Shown piece after piece: positions 50,093 through 61,223 of a stretch of DNA of 64,000 nucleotides. The stretch comes from Okamejei kenojei (Eukaryota): NCBI GenBank assembly GCA_035221665.1, contig CM069174.1, forward strand, positions 9,858,001 through 9,922,000, in the 5' to 3' direction. The first letter of the stretch is position 1. Each line of letters begins with the position of its first letter. The notes under the pieces are model-generated. The model had not been told where the DNA came from and searched no databases. It worked only from the letters and a program-made list of their open reading frames with translations. A program made the translations under genes and the position numbers.

Positions 50093-51268
50093 CCAGGGCC
50101 CCATCCCCGACCTCTACCTCCGTTACATCGACGACTGCTTTGGTGTCACCTCCTGCACCCACACACAACTGACTGACTTCATTCATTTCACCACCAACTT
50201 CCATCCGGCACTCAAATACACTTGGACCATTTCCGACACTTCCCTACCATTCCTTGACCTCACCATCTCTATTGCAGGTGATACACTCCTGACCGACATC
50301 CACTACAAACCAACTGACTCCCACAGCTACCTGGACTACTCTTCCTCCCACCCTGCTTCCTGTAAGGACTCCATCCCCTATTCCCAATTCCTCTGTCTAC
50401 GCCGCATCTGCTCCCAGGATGAGGTGTTCCACACCAGGTCATCACAAATGGCCTCATTCTTCAGAGAACGGGGATTCCCCTCCCCCACTATTGATGAGGC
50501 TCGCACCAGGGTCTCCTCCATACCCCGCAACACTGCCCTCTCTCCCCATTCCCCCACTCGCAAACAGGACAGAGTCCCCCTGGTCCTCACCTTTCACCCC
50601 ACCAGCCGGCAAATAAAACACATAGTCCTCCGCCAGTTTCGCCACCTCCAACGTGACCCCTCCACCCGCCACATCTTCCCATCTCCCCCCCTGTCTGCCT
50701 TCCGCAAAGACCGCTCCCTCCGCAACTCCCTTGTCAATTCTTCCCTCCCCTCCCGCTCTACCCCTTCCCCAGGCACTTTCCCTTGCAACCGCAAGAAATG
50801 CAACACTTGTCCCTTCACCTCCCGCCTCCACTGCTTTCAGGGACCCAAGCAGTCCTTCCAGGTCCGACAGAGGTTCACCTGCACCTCCTCCAACCTCATC
50901 TATTGCATCCACTGCTCCAGATTTTCTCAATTCTGTTAACCCTTGCTGTCTCCTCCCCTTACCACCTCTCCCTCAGCCCTCGGGCCCTGGCATTCCCTCT
51001 ATCTCTATCTCCCTCCCCCACCCTAGTCGCACTAGCTTCTCATTTTCACACCACAAACAGCGTACAATGGCTTGTTCCCTTTATCATCGATACTTTTTTG
51101 CATATCTTTCGTTCATTGTTCTTTATCTCTCCACATCATCGTCTATATCTCTCGTTTCCCTGATCCCTGACCAGTCTGAAGAAGGGTCTCGACCCGAAAC
51201 GTCGCCTATCTCCTTCGCTCCTTAGATGCTGCTGCACCCGCTGAATTTCTCCAGCTTTTTGTGTTACC
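50093..51268 (+). mobile_element. Penelope-like element, 5'-truncated, with internal deletion of most of the GIY-YIG endonuclease
   Basis: ORF 49938-50939 contains YLRYIDDCFG (RT motif C), HYKPTDSHSYLDYSSSHP, SIPYSQF..RRICS, VPLVLTFHP, CNRKKCNTC and FTCTSSNLIYCIHCSR, then jumps near 50920 to a C-rich 3' end with a hammerhead core. The first ~50 codons of the ORF are read-through flank. Confidence 0.9.
51174..51205 (+). ncRNA. Minimal type I hammerhead ribozyme motif in the Penelope 3' end (best-preserved copy)
   Basis: CTGAAGA (51176-51182), extra A, stem II GGGTC-TC-GACCC, GAAA (51196-51199), palindromic stem III AC/GT, GTC cleavage triplet (51201-51203). Stem I is only ~2 bp. Confidence 0.7.
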
Positions 51269-52149
51269 CCGTGACAAATTTGTGCCTTCAGGGCAAGAAC
51301 TTTGGGTTTTTGTCTTATCTAATATTTTGGATCTTTTTGTATTTGAGAAAAACATTTCCAATGCACTGGTAAACGATAATTACAAAGTAATGTTGATTGT
51401 TGCCATTTGAGCATTTGATGGAAATTGATTGGCCTATTCCTACTGAATTATGGAGAGACTAGTGTTTAAATACTGGAGGAAGCCCAAACTCTGTTTTGTT
51501 TATGCCTCCTTGAATTTTTTTTTTGATCGAATAGGTTGGATTTGCTTCCAGAACGCTAAACTCAAAAAGTTGGCTTATAAATAGCCTTCATACCCATGAC
51601 CAAAGCTCTTCTCAAAAGATGATTTTTCAAAATTGAGAGGAAGCCTATTCTCTGTCATCAATGGCTCCTAAACGTTTATGAATGAATGCCCCAAAATACT
51701 TGCTGTTATGAACTACTCCTGTAAAGGAGTTGCGGCTGTCCCAAAGGTTCCTGGGAACTACAAGCAGCCCTTTGGAGAACGGTTCGTTTGTATGTGAATT
51801 TTCTGTTTAAATTGCCTTTATTATTAAAGTGACATGATCGCTCTGTAATCGGTTGTACACCCAGATTGGCAATCATATTCTTTATAAATTCAAAAGATTA
51901 AAAATGGTTATGTTACAATGCTCTTCTGAAGTTAGTCGTGTTATAATGAAAATTCCTGCCATTCTTGGGCTGCGATTGGCACTGGAAAATGTGGACAAAA
52001 CTGGCATTGACTTTTTTACTGCTTTTATAAAAGGTGCATTTCTAATGCAGCCTTGAATATATTTGTAGGAGTTCAAGTGGAGTAGTTGCCATGATTTCAT
52101 CATCCATAGTGAATGCAGAAAAAATAGAGACAAAGATTGACTGGTGTCT

Positions 52150-52562
52150 GGTTCTGCTCGGTATCCGCTCCCACCTTATTGGAGTCAGAAGGTTGTGGGC
52201 TTGAACCCTTAATCTAGTCCCGTGCCAAACTGAGGTTAATGCACTGCCTGAGGTGTTGCCAGATTCAGTTGAAATGTTGAACCTCTCATGGAGGCATAGA
52301 TAATCCCAGAACACTTTTCAAAGAAAACTAGCACGTTCCTTCCAGTGTCCCAGCCAGCAAATATCTCTTGCCCAATGTTTAAAACTGATCACTAAAATCT
52401 GATCATTTATGTAACTTTTGGAGCATGCTCTGCGCAAATTGACTGTTCTTTGGCTCCATTACAGCGTTAACTATATTCCAAAAATGCATCACTGGCTGTG
52501 ATGTGTTTTGAAATCTATTGAGATCATGAAAAATGCTACATAAATGCAAGTCCCTTTCTTCC
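52150..52562 (+). mobile_element. Ancient Deu-domain SINE (SacSINE1-like), near full length
   Basis: gagtcagaaggttgtggg head; Deu-like core (atcccagaacact..caaagaa..., tgcgcaaattg); L2-type tail gaaaaatgctacataaatgcaagt. Confidence 0.6.
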
Positions 52563-53959
52563 AAAAGACATGTCGCAGAAAATGTAATTGTTATTAATTC
52601 ATATCTGTTCTTTTAAAGTCACATGGACGTTAACCAATCTGATTTGCTAAGGCTGGCTTGATAACAATACTGAATAATCTAATTAGATCTTGGTTATGTG
52701 GCCACAACCCCAATTCTTCATTCCTCTTTTGCATTTTTCCAATTCTCCTCTGCTTTCACTCTGCAAACTTTGAAACTGGCTGGAAGCAATCTCTTTGACC
52801 AATTGGTTTGCCTTACTCGCGGTGACTCTGTCTGTCCGACTACTGTCCTTAGAGGTGCCTTTGGATGTATTTTCTATGTTGATGGCGTGACATTAACACA
52901 ATAGAAATCTTAATTACCCCTGTTTGACACTTTCTGGGTGTACTACACTTTCATAACTTGGTTCTAGCTGTTGCTTCATCATTTTATCCTGTACTGTTTT
53001 TGAAACATTTCAGTTTTAATCTCTCCATCATCCACAAATGGTCCATCTTTAAGTCTTGCATATAAACGGAGTGAGAACAGCCCTGAACTCCATTTCTGGG
53101 CAATGTTTGCTGTTCATTATTACGAGCTCAATGTGTGCTGCCTCTACTGGAGAATTATAAGGGGCAGTATTTAAATGGCTAGGCTGTTCTATTTTGGGAG
53201 ATCTATGAAGGAGAAATGTAAGACATGCTAACTGCATCATATGCCCTTGTGACACGAGGCCATTCAGCCCATCACATTTATGCCACATAATTAACAGTTA
53301 TGTTTGGAGGAGAAATACACGAATACCTTTTTGAATTAATGATCCAATTCCTTGCATTCAGAAGTATTAGGATTATGATGGAGGAATAGAGATCTTTCCC
53401 TGGAGGTTGAGAAAGTTGAATGTCCATGTTTCAAGTACCATCGCTCAGATAGGCTTAATTTGTGAAATGTTTTTTGCAGGGTTCCTTTGAATATGTGATG
53501 TGCTTTTGCTATGTCAACACTCATACATTTTACATTATTATAGTTGAAAACAAATTAATTTTTGGTAGCAGGCTTCAAAATACCTCAAACTACATGTGCC
53601 TATTTGTGTCCGGTGCTGGTGCAAACCAGCATCAGCAGTTCCTTCCTACATACAAACTACATACACGTCAGGGTCTACATATTGTGAAGATGAGGCACAA
53701 TCAACCAGAAGGTGGCGCAATAGCACAGACAGTCGCTCATTTTGTCATTCAATTCAACTGCACAGCTATACTTCTGATTTTTTTTTAAAAATGATATTGG
53801 ATGTTGATGGGCTGGAGGGTAAAATGCGCAAAGATTAAACCTTTCAGGACATTCCACGCACACATTCGGGAGATTAAAAACAAAATGCTGTCAATGTTAG
53901 CATGTCAGATAGCATTAGTGGCAAGGAAAACAAAGCTGACAATTCTGGTTGATGATCTT

Positions 53960-54245
53960 GGGAACCGACCGTGTGGATTGACACTTTGGTGCAGTGCCCA
54001 GAGAGTACTGTCGTCTGGCGTCTTTCAAATGGGACTTACATCAAGTGGACATGAAGGATCCAACAGCTCTTGCTAGAAGAGCAGGAAAGAACACCTTTTT
54101 CAAAGCCAATATTTATCCCTCAAACCAACATCACTGGAAACATTATCGGGTGGTTATGATTGTGGGATCTTGCTGTGTGCATATTGGCTGCATGTTTCCT
54201 GCTTTACAATGGTGGTTATGCTTAAAATTACCTTGTTGCCTTTAA
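53960..54245 (+). mobile_element. Ancient Deu-domain SINE core
   Basis: gtggacatgaaggatcca...gaagagcagg...gccaatatttatccctcaaaccaacatcact...tgtgggatcttgctgtgtgcatattggctg. Related fragments near 3770-3900, 7760-7950 (-), 36460-36830 (-) and 61800-61960. Confidence 0.65.
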
Positions 54246-54798
54246 GCTAAATTTAGAGTACAGGCTGACAATGTAGGTGGTGGGGTCAGGGTGGGGAAGG
54301 TGGCTGAAAAAGGACAGTGCAATTGGAAACAAGTAAAGTGTGCAACATCGGCTGAATCTAACTGTGAATAAAATGAAGTAAGTCGTCGCAGCGCATTGAT
54401 GTAACAATCTGTACAAGTATCTGTTCTGACAGTTCAGTTCCACGCCTCAAAAATGCCTGAATTGATAACTCTTCTTAGTCCATTCCCTCTGTATTGTCTT
54501 CAATCACTATTCAAAACCAGGATAGATGTTTAAGCAGGATATCAGATGGCCATAATCAGCCTTGATAATGACCTTTTTATTCTTAAGGGACACAAGTATT
54601 AGGAATTCTCTTTTTAACTGACCAAAAATATTCCCTTAGGTTTTTTCTTACTAAATTGAAGTATTTTTCTTAATAAATTTACTAGAAATTGATTGGTAAA
54701 TATGAATTATTAAGGAAATTATGTGTTTAAATAATACCCTTTAATTAACTTTTGCTGTTCACCATGGACTAACAGCCATGTTGTGTAATTTTCTTTAG

Positions 54799-54999
54799 GT
54801 CTGGCAATGCGGTGGGCAGTTGGAGATCATTCCCTGTTCAGTGGTGGGCCATGTGTTCCGCACCAAGAGCCCGCACAGCTTCCCAAAAGGTGTGCAGGTA
54901 ATTGCCCGCAACCAGGTGCGTCTGGCTGAGGTCTGGATGGATCGCTACAAGGAGCTGTTTTACAGGAGGAACCAGCAGGCAGAAACAATGGCCCGTGAG
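54799..54999 (+). CDS. GALNT6: GALNT6-like coding exon 6
   Basis: Acceptor ttctttag|, donor |gtgagt; 201 nt. [67 protein letters not shown]. Confidence 0.96.
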
Positions 55000-55507
55000 G
55001 TGAGTGACACAGTTGGTAGTTACTCCTTCAAATCCTGGAGGGATTTTTGCTTTTCTTTTCTCCAATACCCGGTTAACGGTATTTCTATTCAGAGCAGACC
55101 CTGGTCTTTGCCTCCCAGATTTTGCTCCGTTACTAGAATCTATCTTGAGCACAGGGATTAAAGGGTGGTTCAATCGGAACTGGTGTTTTTCCAAGACATT
55201 AAAGCATATACATCACGTGGGTGCAAAGGATCCCACGGCCTGTTAGAAAAAGAGCATGACAAGACACTTTTGTCTGAACTCTCCTGCTTTGTAACTGCTT
55301 TGTAAGTGGTGAAATCTCCTGCTTTGTAACTGCATGCCTCCCTTGGAAACCTATTTAGGATTTAAAGTTTTAAGATGTGTTGTTTTCTACACTCATAGTC
55401 GTGACTGGATGGAATACTGACTTGCTTCTGTGTAAAGGTGTTTTTTTATTTCCAATTTATAGTACATGATGGATTTGGGATTAATCTTTTTTTCCCCCTA
55501 TTTCTAG

Positions 55508-55639
55508 AAAAGTTTTGGCGATCTTTCAGAAAGGTTTCAGTTGAAAGAGCGATTAAAGTGCAAGAACTTTACCTGGTATCTGCAGAACGTTTACCCTGAA
55601 ATCTTTATACCAGATTTCTCTCCAATACGTTATGGAGCA
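55508..55639 (+). CDS. GALNT6: GALNT6-like coding exon 7 (end of catalytic domain, linker); absent from the ORF track
   Basis: Acceptor tttctag|, donor |gtgagt; 132 nt. [44 protein letters not shown]. Confidence 0.95.
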
Positions 55640-56278
55640 GTGAGTTAAATGATGCATTAAATTAATAAACTTTAGTTTGTTTAAAATATGAATGAATTGA
55701 TTCTGAATTGCAATTTTTCCTTTTATTTAAATTAAGAAATAGTTTTTCAACAGATTTAACAGGCATTGAAATTGCACCAAAGTTTTGAAACTGGTGAATG
55801 TTTTAATATCTTGATGTGGTTTTGATTTGTTTTAGATCATAACTTTGAGGGTTTTTTTCTCATTTGCATTTTAAAATCTATGAACCAAACTTCCCAAGGT
55901 TTGGCAAGGAGCATTTAGCTCCAGAGTTATTGAGTGCTTCCAGAAAAATACTTTTAAACTAGAACAACAAATTGTTTTTAACTATGATTTATTAAAAATC
56001 TGTATTTCTTCATTATTTTTAATGTATAAATGGAATTAATTCTGCTCTATGTTGTTTAGATCCCACCTTCCTGAATTATTTCCCTTGGCACTTTTTCTCC
56101 TAGTCTTCAGATTTCTCTCCTTGCACTCAATCCCTACTCCCAGTTTAGATTGCCACTGTCCTATAAAATACTATACATCTCTCCATGTAATGAACCCTAC
56201 AGAAATCCAAGTTCAATTAATAAAATACTATACATCTCTCCATGTAATGTTGAGAAGCAGAACCCGCATGAGGCTGAA

Positions 56279-57360
56279 TGATAATCAATATTTTAAATAT
56301 ATACAGATACGTGACTTTATGAATAAATATATACATAATTTCAAACTATATTTTTAGACCCTTTAGAAGAAGCAATGAATATTAAGGCCGATTCACAAAA
56401 ACTAATATCATATTTTTATAATAGTATATTAAATAGAGAATTACCCTCAACAGAGGCACTAAGAGAAGATTGGGAACATGATGATAAAGATTCCGAAAGG
56501 TAGATGGGAAAAGTATCTGATGAACACACATAATTGTTCCGTTAATGCAAGACATATTACATAGACTATATTATTCAAAAACGAGGTTGAATAAATTCTA
56601 CTCAAACGTCTCTCCTAGATGCGATAAATGTTTGTTTCAAAATGCCAATATAACACATTCATTTGTAGGATGTATAAAGTTGAATAAATTTTGGAGCGAC
56701 ATATTTGATATATTTACAAAGCTCTTCAAGTCAAGAATAGAACCAAATACGGAATGGATTATATTTGGAATAATAGTAGGAGATATCAAGTTAAACAAAG
56801 ACCAAAAAGTATTCTTTAATTATGGGTTAATAATTGGAAAGAAATTGATACTTTGGAAAAATTCAGCTATACCAACTATTAAAATGTGGATTAGTAATAT
56901 GACGGACATAGCTCACCTTGAAGAAATGAGACTCCGCCTAATAGATAAATATGACCAATTCTTAAGGAGTTGGTCCCCTTTCATCGACTTTATGGAATCA
57001 TGTGATGCAGCAGTACCGTAAAGATTACTGATTTCAGGTCAGGTCGTGGGTAGAATTACATCTCCGAACAAAGATTTGAAAATGTTCTTTTTTAAGGGTC
57101 TTTTTCTCCTATTTCTACTTTCTACTTTTTCTTTTCTTATATACACACTTCACATTTTTCTATTTTCTACTATCTATTTTTCCTCTTCTCCCTATTTCTT
57201 GTCTTTTTTTAAATTTCCTTTTCAAAAACATAAAACTAGAGGTTGTACGTAGAATATATTACGTTATGACATAGTTGGCACCTAAAATTAGGTGCCACTG
57301 TATTGTTTTGCACTGTATTAACTTCTAATAAAATAAACAAACAAAAAAAACAACAAAAAA
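56279..57360 (+). mobile_element. 5'-truncated L1/Tx1-type LINE with poly(A) tail and TSD
   Basis: ORF 56545-57021 has the ORF2 C-terminal zinc knuckle (LHRLYY...CDKC...H...C...FW). AATAAA and A-rich tail at 57327-57360. TSD gaacccgca(t/a)gaggctgaa at 56260-56278 and 57361-57379. Confidence 0.88.
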
Positions 57361-57703
57361 GAACCCGCAAGAGGCTGAAGAGCTGCCTCCACTTGTTAAG
57401 TCCCGACTGCATAGTTTTTATATTCTCCACCCTTTGTTAAATTTGGAGTGGCTTTATGCTGCAGGTCCATAGGCCTAGGGTCATTAATAATGCTGTTATC
57501 AGAAGTCATGAAGCCATTAGGCAAGTGATTGGTTCGTCACTTCAATCTGCATTGCTCCTGTATCTGGCATTGGTGTTTTTTATCTTGTTATCAGCGAGAT
57601 TGTTGTTTTGCAATCACTACCTTTTCAACAATTTTACAATTTGCTTTTGTTGCATGGATTATCAAAATGATCAATTGCTGAACTTTTACTGCATGTTTTG
57701 CAG

Positions 57704-57805
57704 ATTAAAAACAAGGGAACTGGAAGCTGCTTGGATGCTGGGGAAAACAATCATGGTGGAAAACCTCTGATAATGTACCCATGTCATGGAATGGGAGGCA
57801 ATCAG
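57704..57805 (+). CDS. GALNT6: GALNT6-like coding exon 8 (ricin-type lectin alpha repeat)
   Basis: Acceptor ttttgcag|, donor |gtacca; 102 nt. [34 protein letters not shown] with the CLD motif. Confidence 0.95.
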
Positions 57806-57879
57806 GTACCAGTCAATGATCATTTGAAAAAGCAAGCAGTTCTAAAACTGCGCCTGTCTGTGTTCCTTGTCGGGATCAG

Positions 57880-58755
57880 TTTCAGTTTAGTTTATTGTCA
57901 CGTGTACAGTGAGAAGCTTTTGTTGCATACTATGCAGTCAGCAGAAGGATAATACATGATTACAATCGAGCCACTTATAGTGTATAGATACATGATAATG
58001 GAATAACGTATAGTGCAAGGTAGAGCCAGCAAAGTCCGATCAATGATAGTCCGAGGGTCACCAAAGAGGCAGATAGTAGTTCAGCACTGCTCTCTAGTTG
58101 TGGTAGGATGGTTCAGACTGATAACAGCTGGGAAGAAACTGTCCCTGAATCTGGAGGTGTGCGTTTTCATACGTCTATACCTTTTGCCTGACGGGAGAGG
58201 GGAGATGAGAGAGTGGCCAGGGTGAGACTCATCCTTTATTATGCTGCTGGCCTTGCCGAGGCAGCGTGAGGTGTAAATGGTGTCAATAGAAGGAAGGTTG
58301 GTTTGTGTGATGGTCTGAGCTGCGTCCACAATTCACTGCAATTTCTTGCGTCTTGGATGAAGCTGTTCCCAAACCAAACTGTGATGCATCCTGATAAAAT
58401 GCTTTCTATGGTGCATCTGTAAAAGCTAGTGAGTTGGTGAGAACTTCCTAAGCCTTCTAAGGAAGTAAAGATGTTGGTGTGCTTCTTGGTCGTTACTTTA
58501 ATATGGGTCGTCCAGAAGAGGTTGTTGGTGATATTGACTCTGAGGAAATCTATTTTGGCACCGTCAATGCAAACTGGGGTATGTGCACCGCTTCACTTCC
58601 TGAAGTCTATCACTATTTCCTTTGTCTTGCTCACATTGAGAGAAAGGTTGTTGTCTTGACACCAGGACACTAGGTTCTCGATCTCCTTCCTGTACTCTGT
58701 CTCGTCATTATTTGATATCCGGCCCACAATGGTGGTGTCGTCTGTGAATTTGAAA
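57880..58755 (-). mobile_element. Rex1/Babar-like LINE 3' part
   Basis: Minus strand FKFTDDTTIVGRISNNDETEYRKEIENLVSWCQDNNLSLNVSKTKEIVIDFRK and KASSIIKDESHPGHSLISPLPSGKRYR...FRDSFFP. Confidence 0.8.
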
Positions 58756-59524
58756 ATCACGTGCTACTAACTGAATTGTCATGCCAAACTAATCAACTTT
58801 CCAGACCATATCAAATGTATGAGAGGGTGGGTGAATTTGAAGTTGCAACCCAAGGATCATGTAAATAGATGAACAAATGGCAGATTATCATTGTACGTGG
58901 CAGGAATGTTAGGATGCTCGTGTTCCAACTATGTCTGGAGTTAGCTATGATTGACATTTGGAGATCTGGGGGTTTTAGTAGATGAGATGATCAAGATTTT
59001 AACACAACAATTAACAAAGTAACTAGATGCTTAACCATATGGCCAGGGTAGTGGAATGCAAGTTGTAGGGAGCTGTGGTCCGACATTGAGTGCTGTGTAC
59101 TATTACGGTCACTAAGACATTTGGCAAAGACACTCAAGCCCAGGAGGTGAAGCAGAGAAGGGATTTGTTGTTGATTCTTTAAAAACTTGAGTTTGAAAGA
59201 TAAAGAGAGGAAACAAGTTGTCATAATATTGGGGGAGGAAAAAATGTGCTGATTGGTATGACTCATCAATATAAGATGGTGAGTAAATGTGCCTCTTAGA
59301 CCAAACAAGTCTTGGATTTGCACCTCAATCAATTGGGAAAATTGCACACAATTTCCACTTTTCACTGATTACTTCTATAGGAATGGAATGTGCAATGGTT
59401 TTGTATGGGGGAAAGTTTCTCCATTTATCCACTCACCAGGTGGTCAAATGATCCACTAATGCTAGCTCTTTAGACTCACAAGTAACCAGAGGTTAATTGG
59501 GTAAGATTATACCACTCATTATAA

Positions 59525-59950
59525 TGGAGATGCTGGAATCTTGAGCAAAACACAGTGCTGCAGGAACTCAGTGGGTCAAACAGCATCTGTGGAAGGAATG
59601 GACATGCAACGTTTCGGATCGGGACACACTAAAGTCGCCTGCCCTTCCACACTAAAGTCGCCTGTCCATTCCCTCCATAGATGCACTTTGTGTTTTGGCC
59701 ACAAATAATAATATCTACTTCCAGTTAAACGGATCCTTTAAACAAAGGTTTATCAAGGTTCACATAACTATTATCGAACAGTGGTTGGTGCCTATGGAAG
59801 CCTAATTCTGCTCCAGTGCTATGCATTCAGGAGAAATAAGAGAAGTAAAGTGAAGTGAATATAGGGTACACAAAAAGCTGGAGAAACTCAGCGGGTGCAG
59901 CAGCATCTAAGGAGCGAAGGAGATAGGCGACGTTTCGGGTCGAGACCCTT
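59525..59950 (-). repeat. Two further Penelope-derived units (older fold-back 59525-59697; younger single arm 59864-59950)
   Basis: Shared terminal motif gctggagaaactcagcggg...gcagcatct; truncated hammerhead cores. Confidence 0.7.
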
Positions 59951-60043
59951 ATAGATTGGGTTAGAAGTGTTATTATTGTGCTTGGAGATCTGCCATGTAT
60001 GCTGTTTTGATAATATGCATTTTTTCCCCATTGATATTTTTAG

Positions 60044-60196
60044 TATTTTGAATACACCACCCAGTCTGAAATACGCCACAACATTGGCAGGCAGTTGTGC
60101 CTTCGAGCCATGTATGGCCAAGTTCTATTGCAACAATGTAAATACATGGGGAAAGATACCAAAGTGCCAGGAGATGAACACTGGGAATTTTTAAAT
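60044..60196 (+). CDS. GALNT6: GALNT6-like coding exon 9 (lectin beta repeat); this frame is absent from the ORF track
   Basis: Acceptor atttttag|, donor |gtaagt; 153 nt. YFEYTTQSEIRHNIGRQLCLRAMYGQVLLQQCKYMGKDTKVPGDEHWEFLN. Confidence 0.93.
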
Positions 60197-60368
60197 GTAA
60201 GTTTTGCATATGAATAAAAGTGTTGTCTTAAAGTGTGAGGGGATTGGCAACTTCCTCCCCTCCCATTGTAAGGATGAGTTCACTTCAAAGGTGCATTCCA
60301 TTATCTCAGATGTGAATTTAGCCACCAATAAAAATCAGAAATAGAACCTGGGCTTTCTTTCCATTTGG

Positions 60369-60392
60369 GAGAGAGAGAGAGAGAGAGAGAGA
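60369..60392. repeat. (GA)n microsatellite
   Basis: Directly visible. Confidence 0.95.
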
Positions 60393-60699
60393 TGGCTTCA
60401 GCTCCCATGGGCAGGTATGAACTGTGACTGAACTACCATGATGGGCTGAGCCTGATGTTTTTGTGGGATTGGTGAAGAGCAATTTGTTGGGTGCAGTATG
60501 TCCAATCTTCAGCTTGTACCCCTTTGTAAAATGATGAATATGTGACGTGTAATGTTATTGTGGCAGATATTGTGTCCAGGATTCACCACTAGGTTGCAGG
60601 TTGTTCCCTGGATTCATCAGCAGCTTTCAGGCAAATTATAGTTCCTTTGGAAGGTAGCTGTCAGCAGTTGAGAGAGGGCATCAGACCACCCTGGTACTT

Positions 60700-60912
60700 G
60701 AGCACAGAGGGTAGTGGGTATATAGAACGAGCTGCCCAGGGAGGTAGTTGAGGCAAGTATTATAACAGCATTTAAAAGACATTTGGACAGGTACATGGAT
60801 AGGAAAGGTTTAGAGGATTATAGGCCAAATGAGGCAGCTGGGACTAGCGTTGATGGGGCATCTCGGTTGGCATGGGCAAGTTGGGTGAAGGGCCTATATC
60901 CAAGCTCTGACT
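60700..60912 (+). mobile_element. CR1 3' tail (a similar tail lies at 10790-10925)
   Basis: acacagagggtagtgggtata...aacgagctgcc...ttaaaagacatttggacaggtacatggatagg...gaagggcct. Confidence 0.75.
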
Positions 60913-61112
60913 CGATGATTCAGAGTACAAAATGATCTCTTTTTGTTCAAATAAATCATAAATTGATTAAATAGAATGATGAGCACCAATAGAAATGTTC
61001 CCACATGTGTCAGCAATGTCTGGAGAAGATTTGAGGGGTGAGGAGGGGCAGTTAAAGAGGAAGAGAAAGATAAGCATCTATTTAACTTGAATTTCTTTGT
61101 TTCTTCAAAAAG

Positions 61113-61223
61113 GACCTGATAAAAAATTCTGCCAGTAATCAGTGCTTGACTGCGTCAGGAAAGAATCCATCCGTGGTTCCGTGCAACTCTGCAGACCTGC
61201 ACCAGCAGTGGGCTTTCATCTAG
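61113..61223 (+). CDS. GALNT6: GALNT6-like terminal coding exon (lectin gamma repeat, stop)
   Basis: Pyrimidine tract then caaaaag|. DLIKNSASNQCLTASGKNPSVVPCNSADLHQQWAFI-TAG with QxW motif. Total CDS 1866 nt = 621 aa plus stop. Confidence 0.88.
   Translation, partial: DLIKNSASNQCLTASGKNPSVVPCNSADLHQQWAFI

Noticed and set aside
49938-50939. 333-aa ORF as a host gene or a retron-like RT system
   Set aside because: It is a truncated Penelope RT; the N-terminus is read-through flank, and the overlapping ORFs are shadows of C-rich sequence.
56163-56249. CRISPR-like repeat-spacer-repeat
   Set aside because: Only two units, vertebrate intron, no cas genes.
56545-57021. Nested 158-aa gene
   Set aside because: L1 ORF2 C-terminus, with frameshifted upstream part, poly(A) tail and TSD.
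31646-61223. Calling the gene GALNT3
   Set aside because: Exon structure is shared by the paralogues, but the short N-terminus, 491-nt first coding segment, [21 protein letters not shown] and WAFI* end fit GALNT6 better. A phylogeny would settle it.
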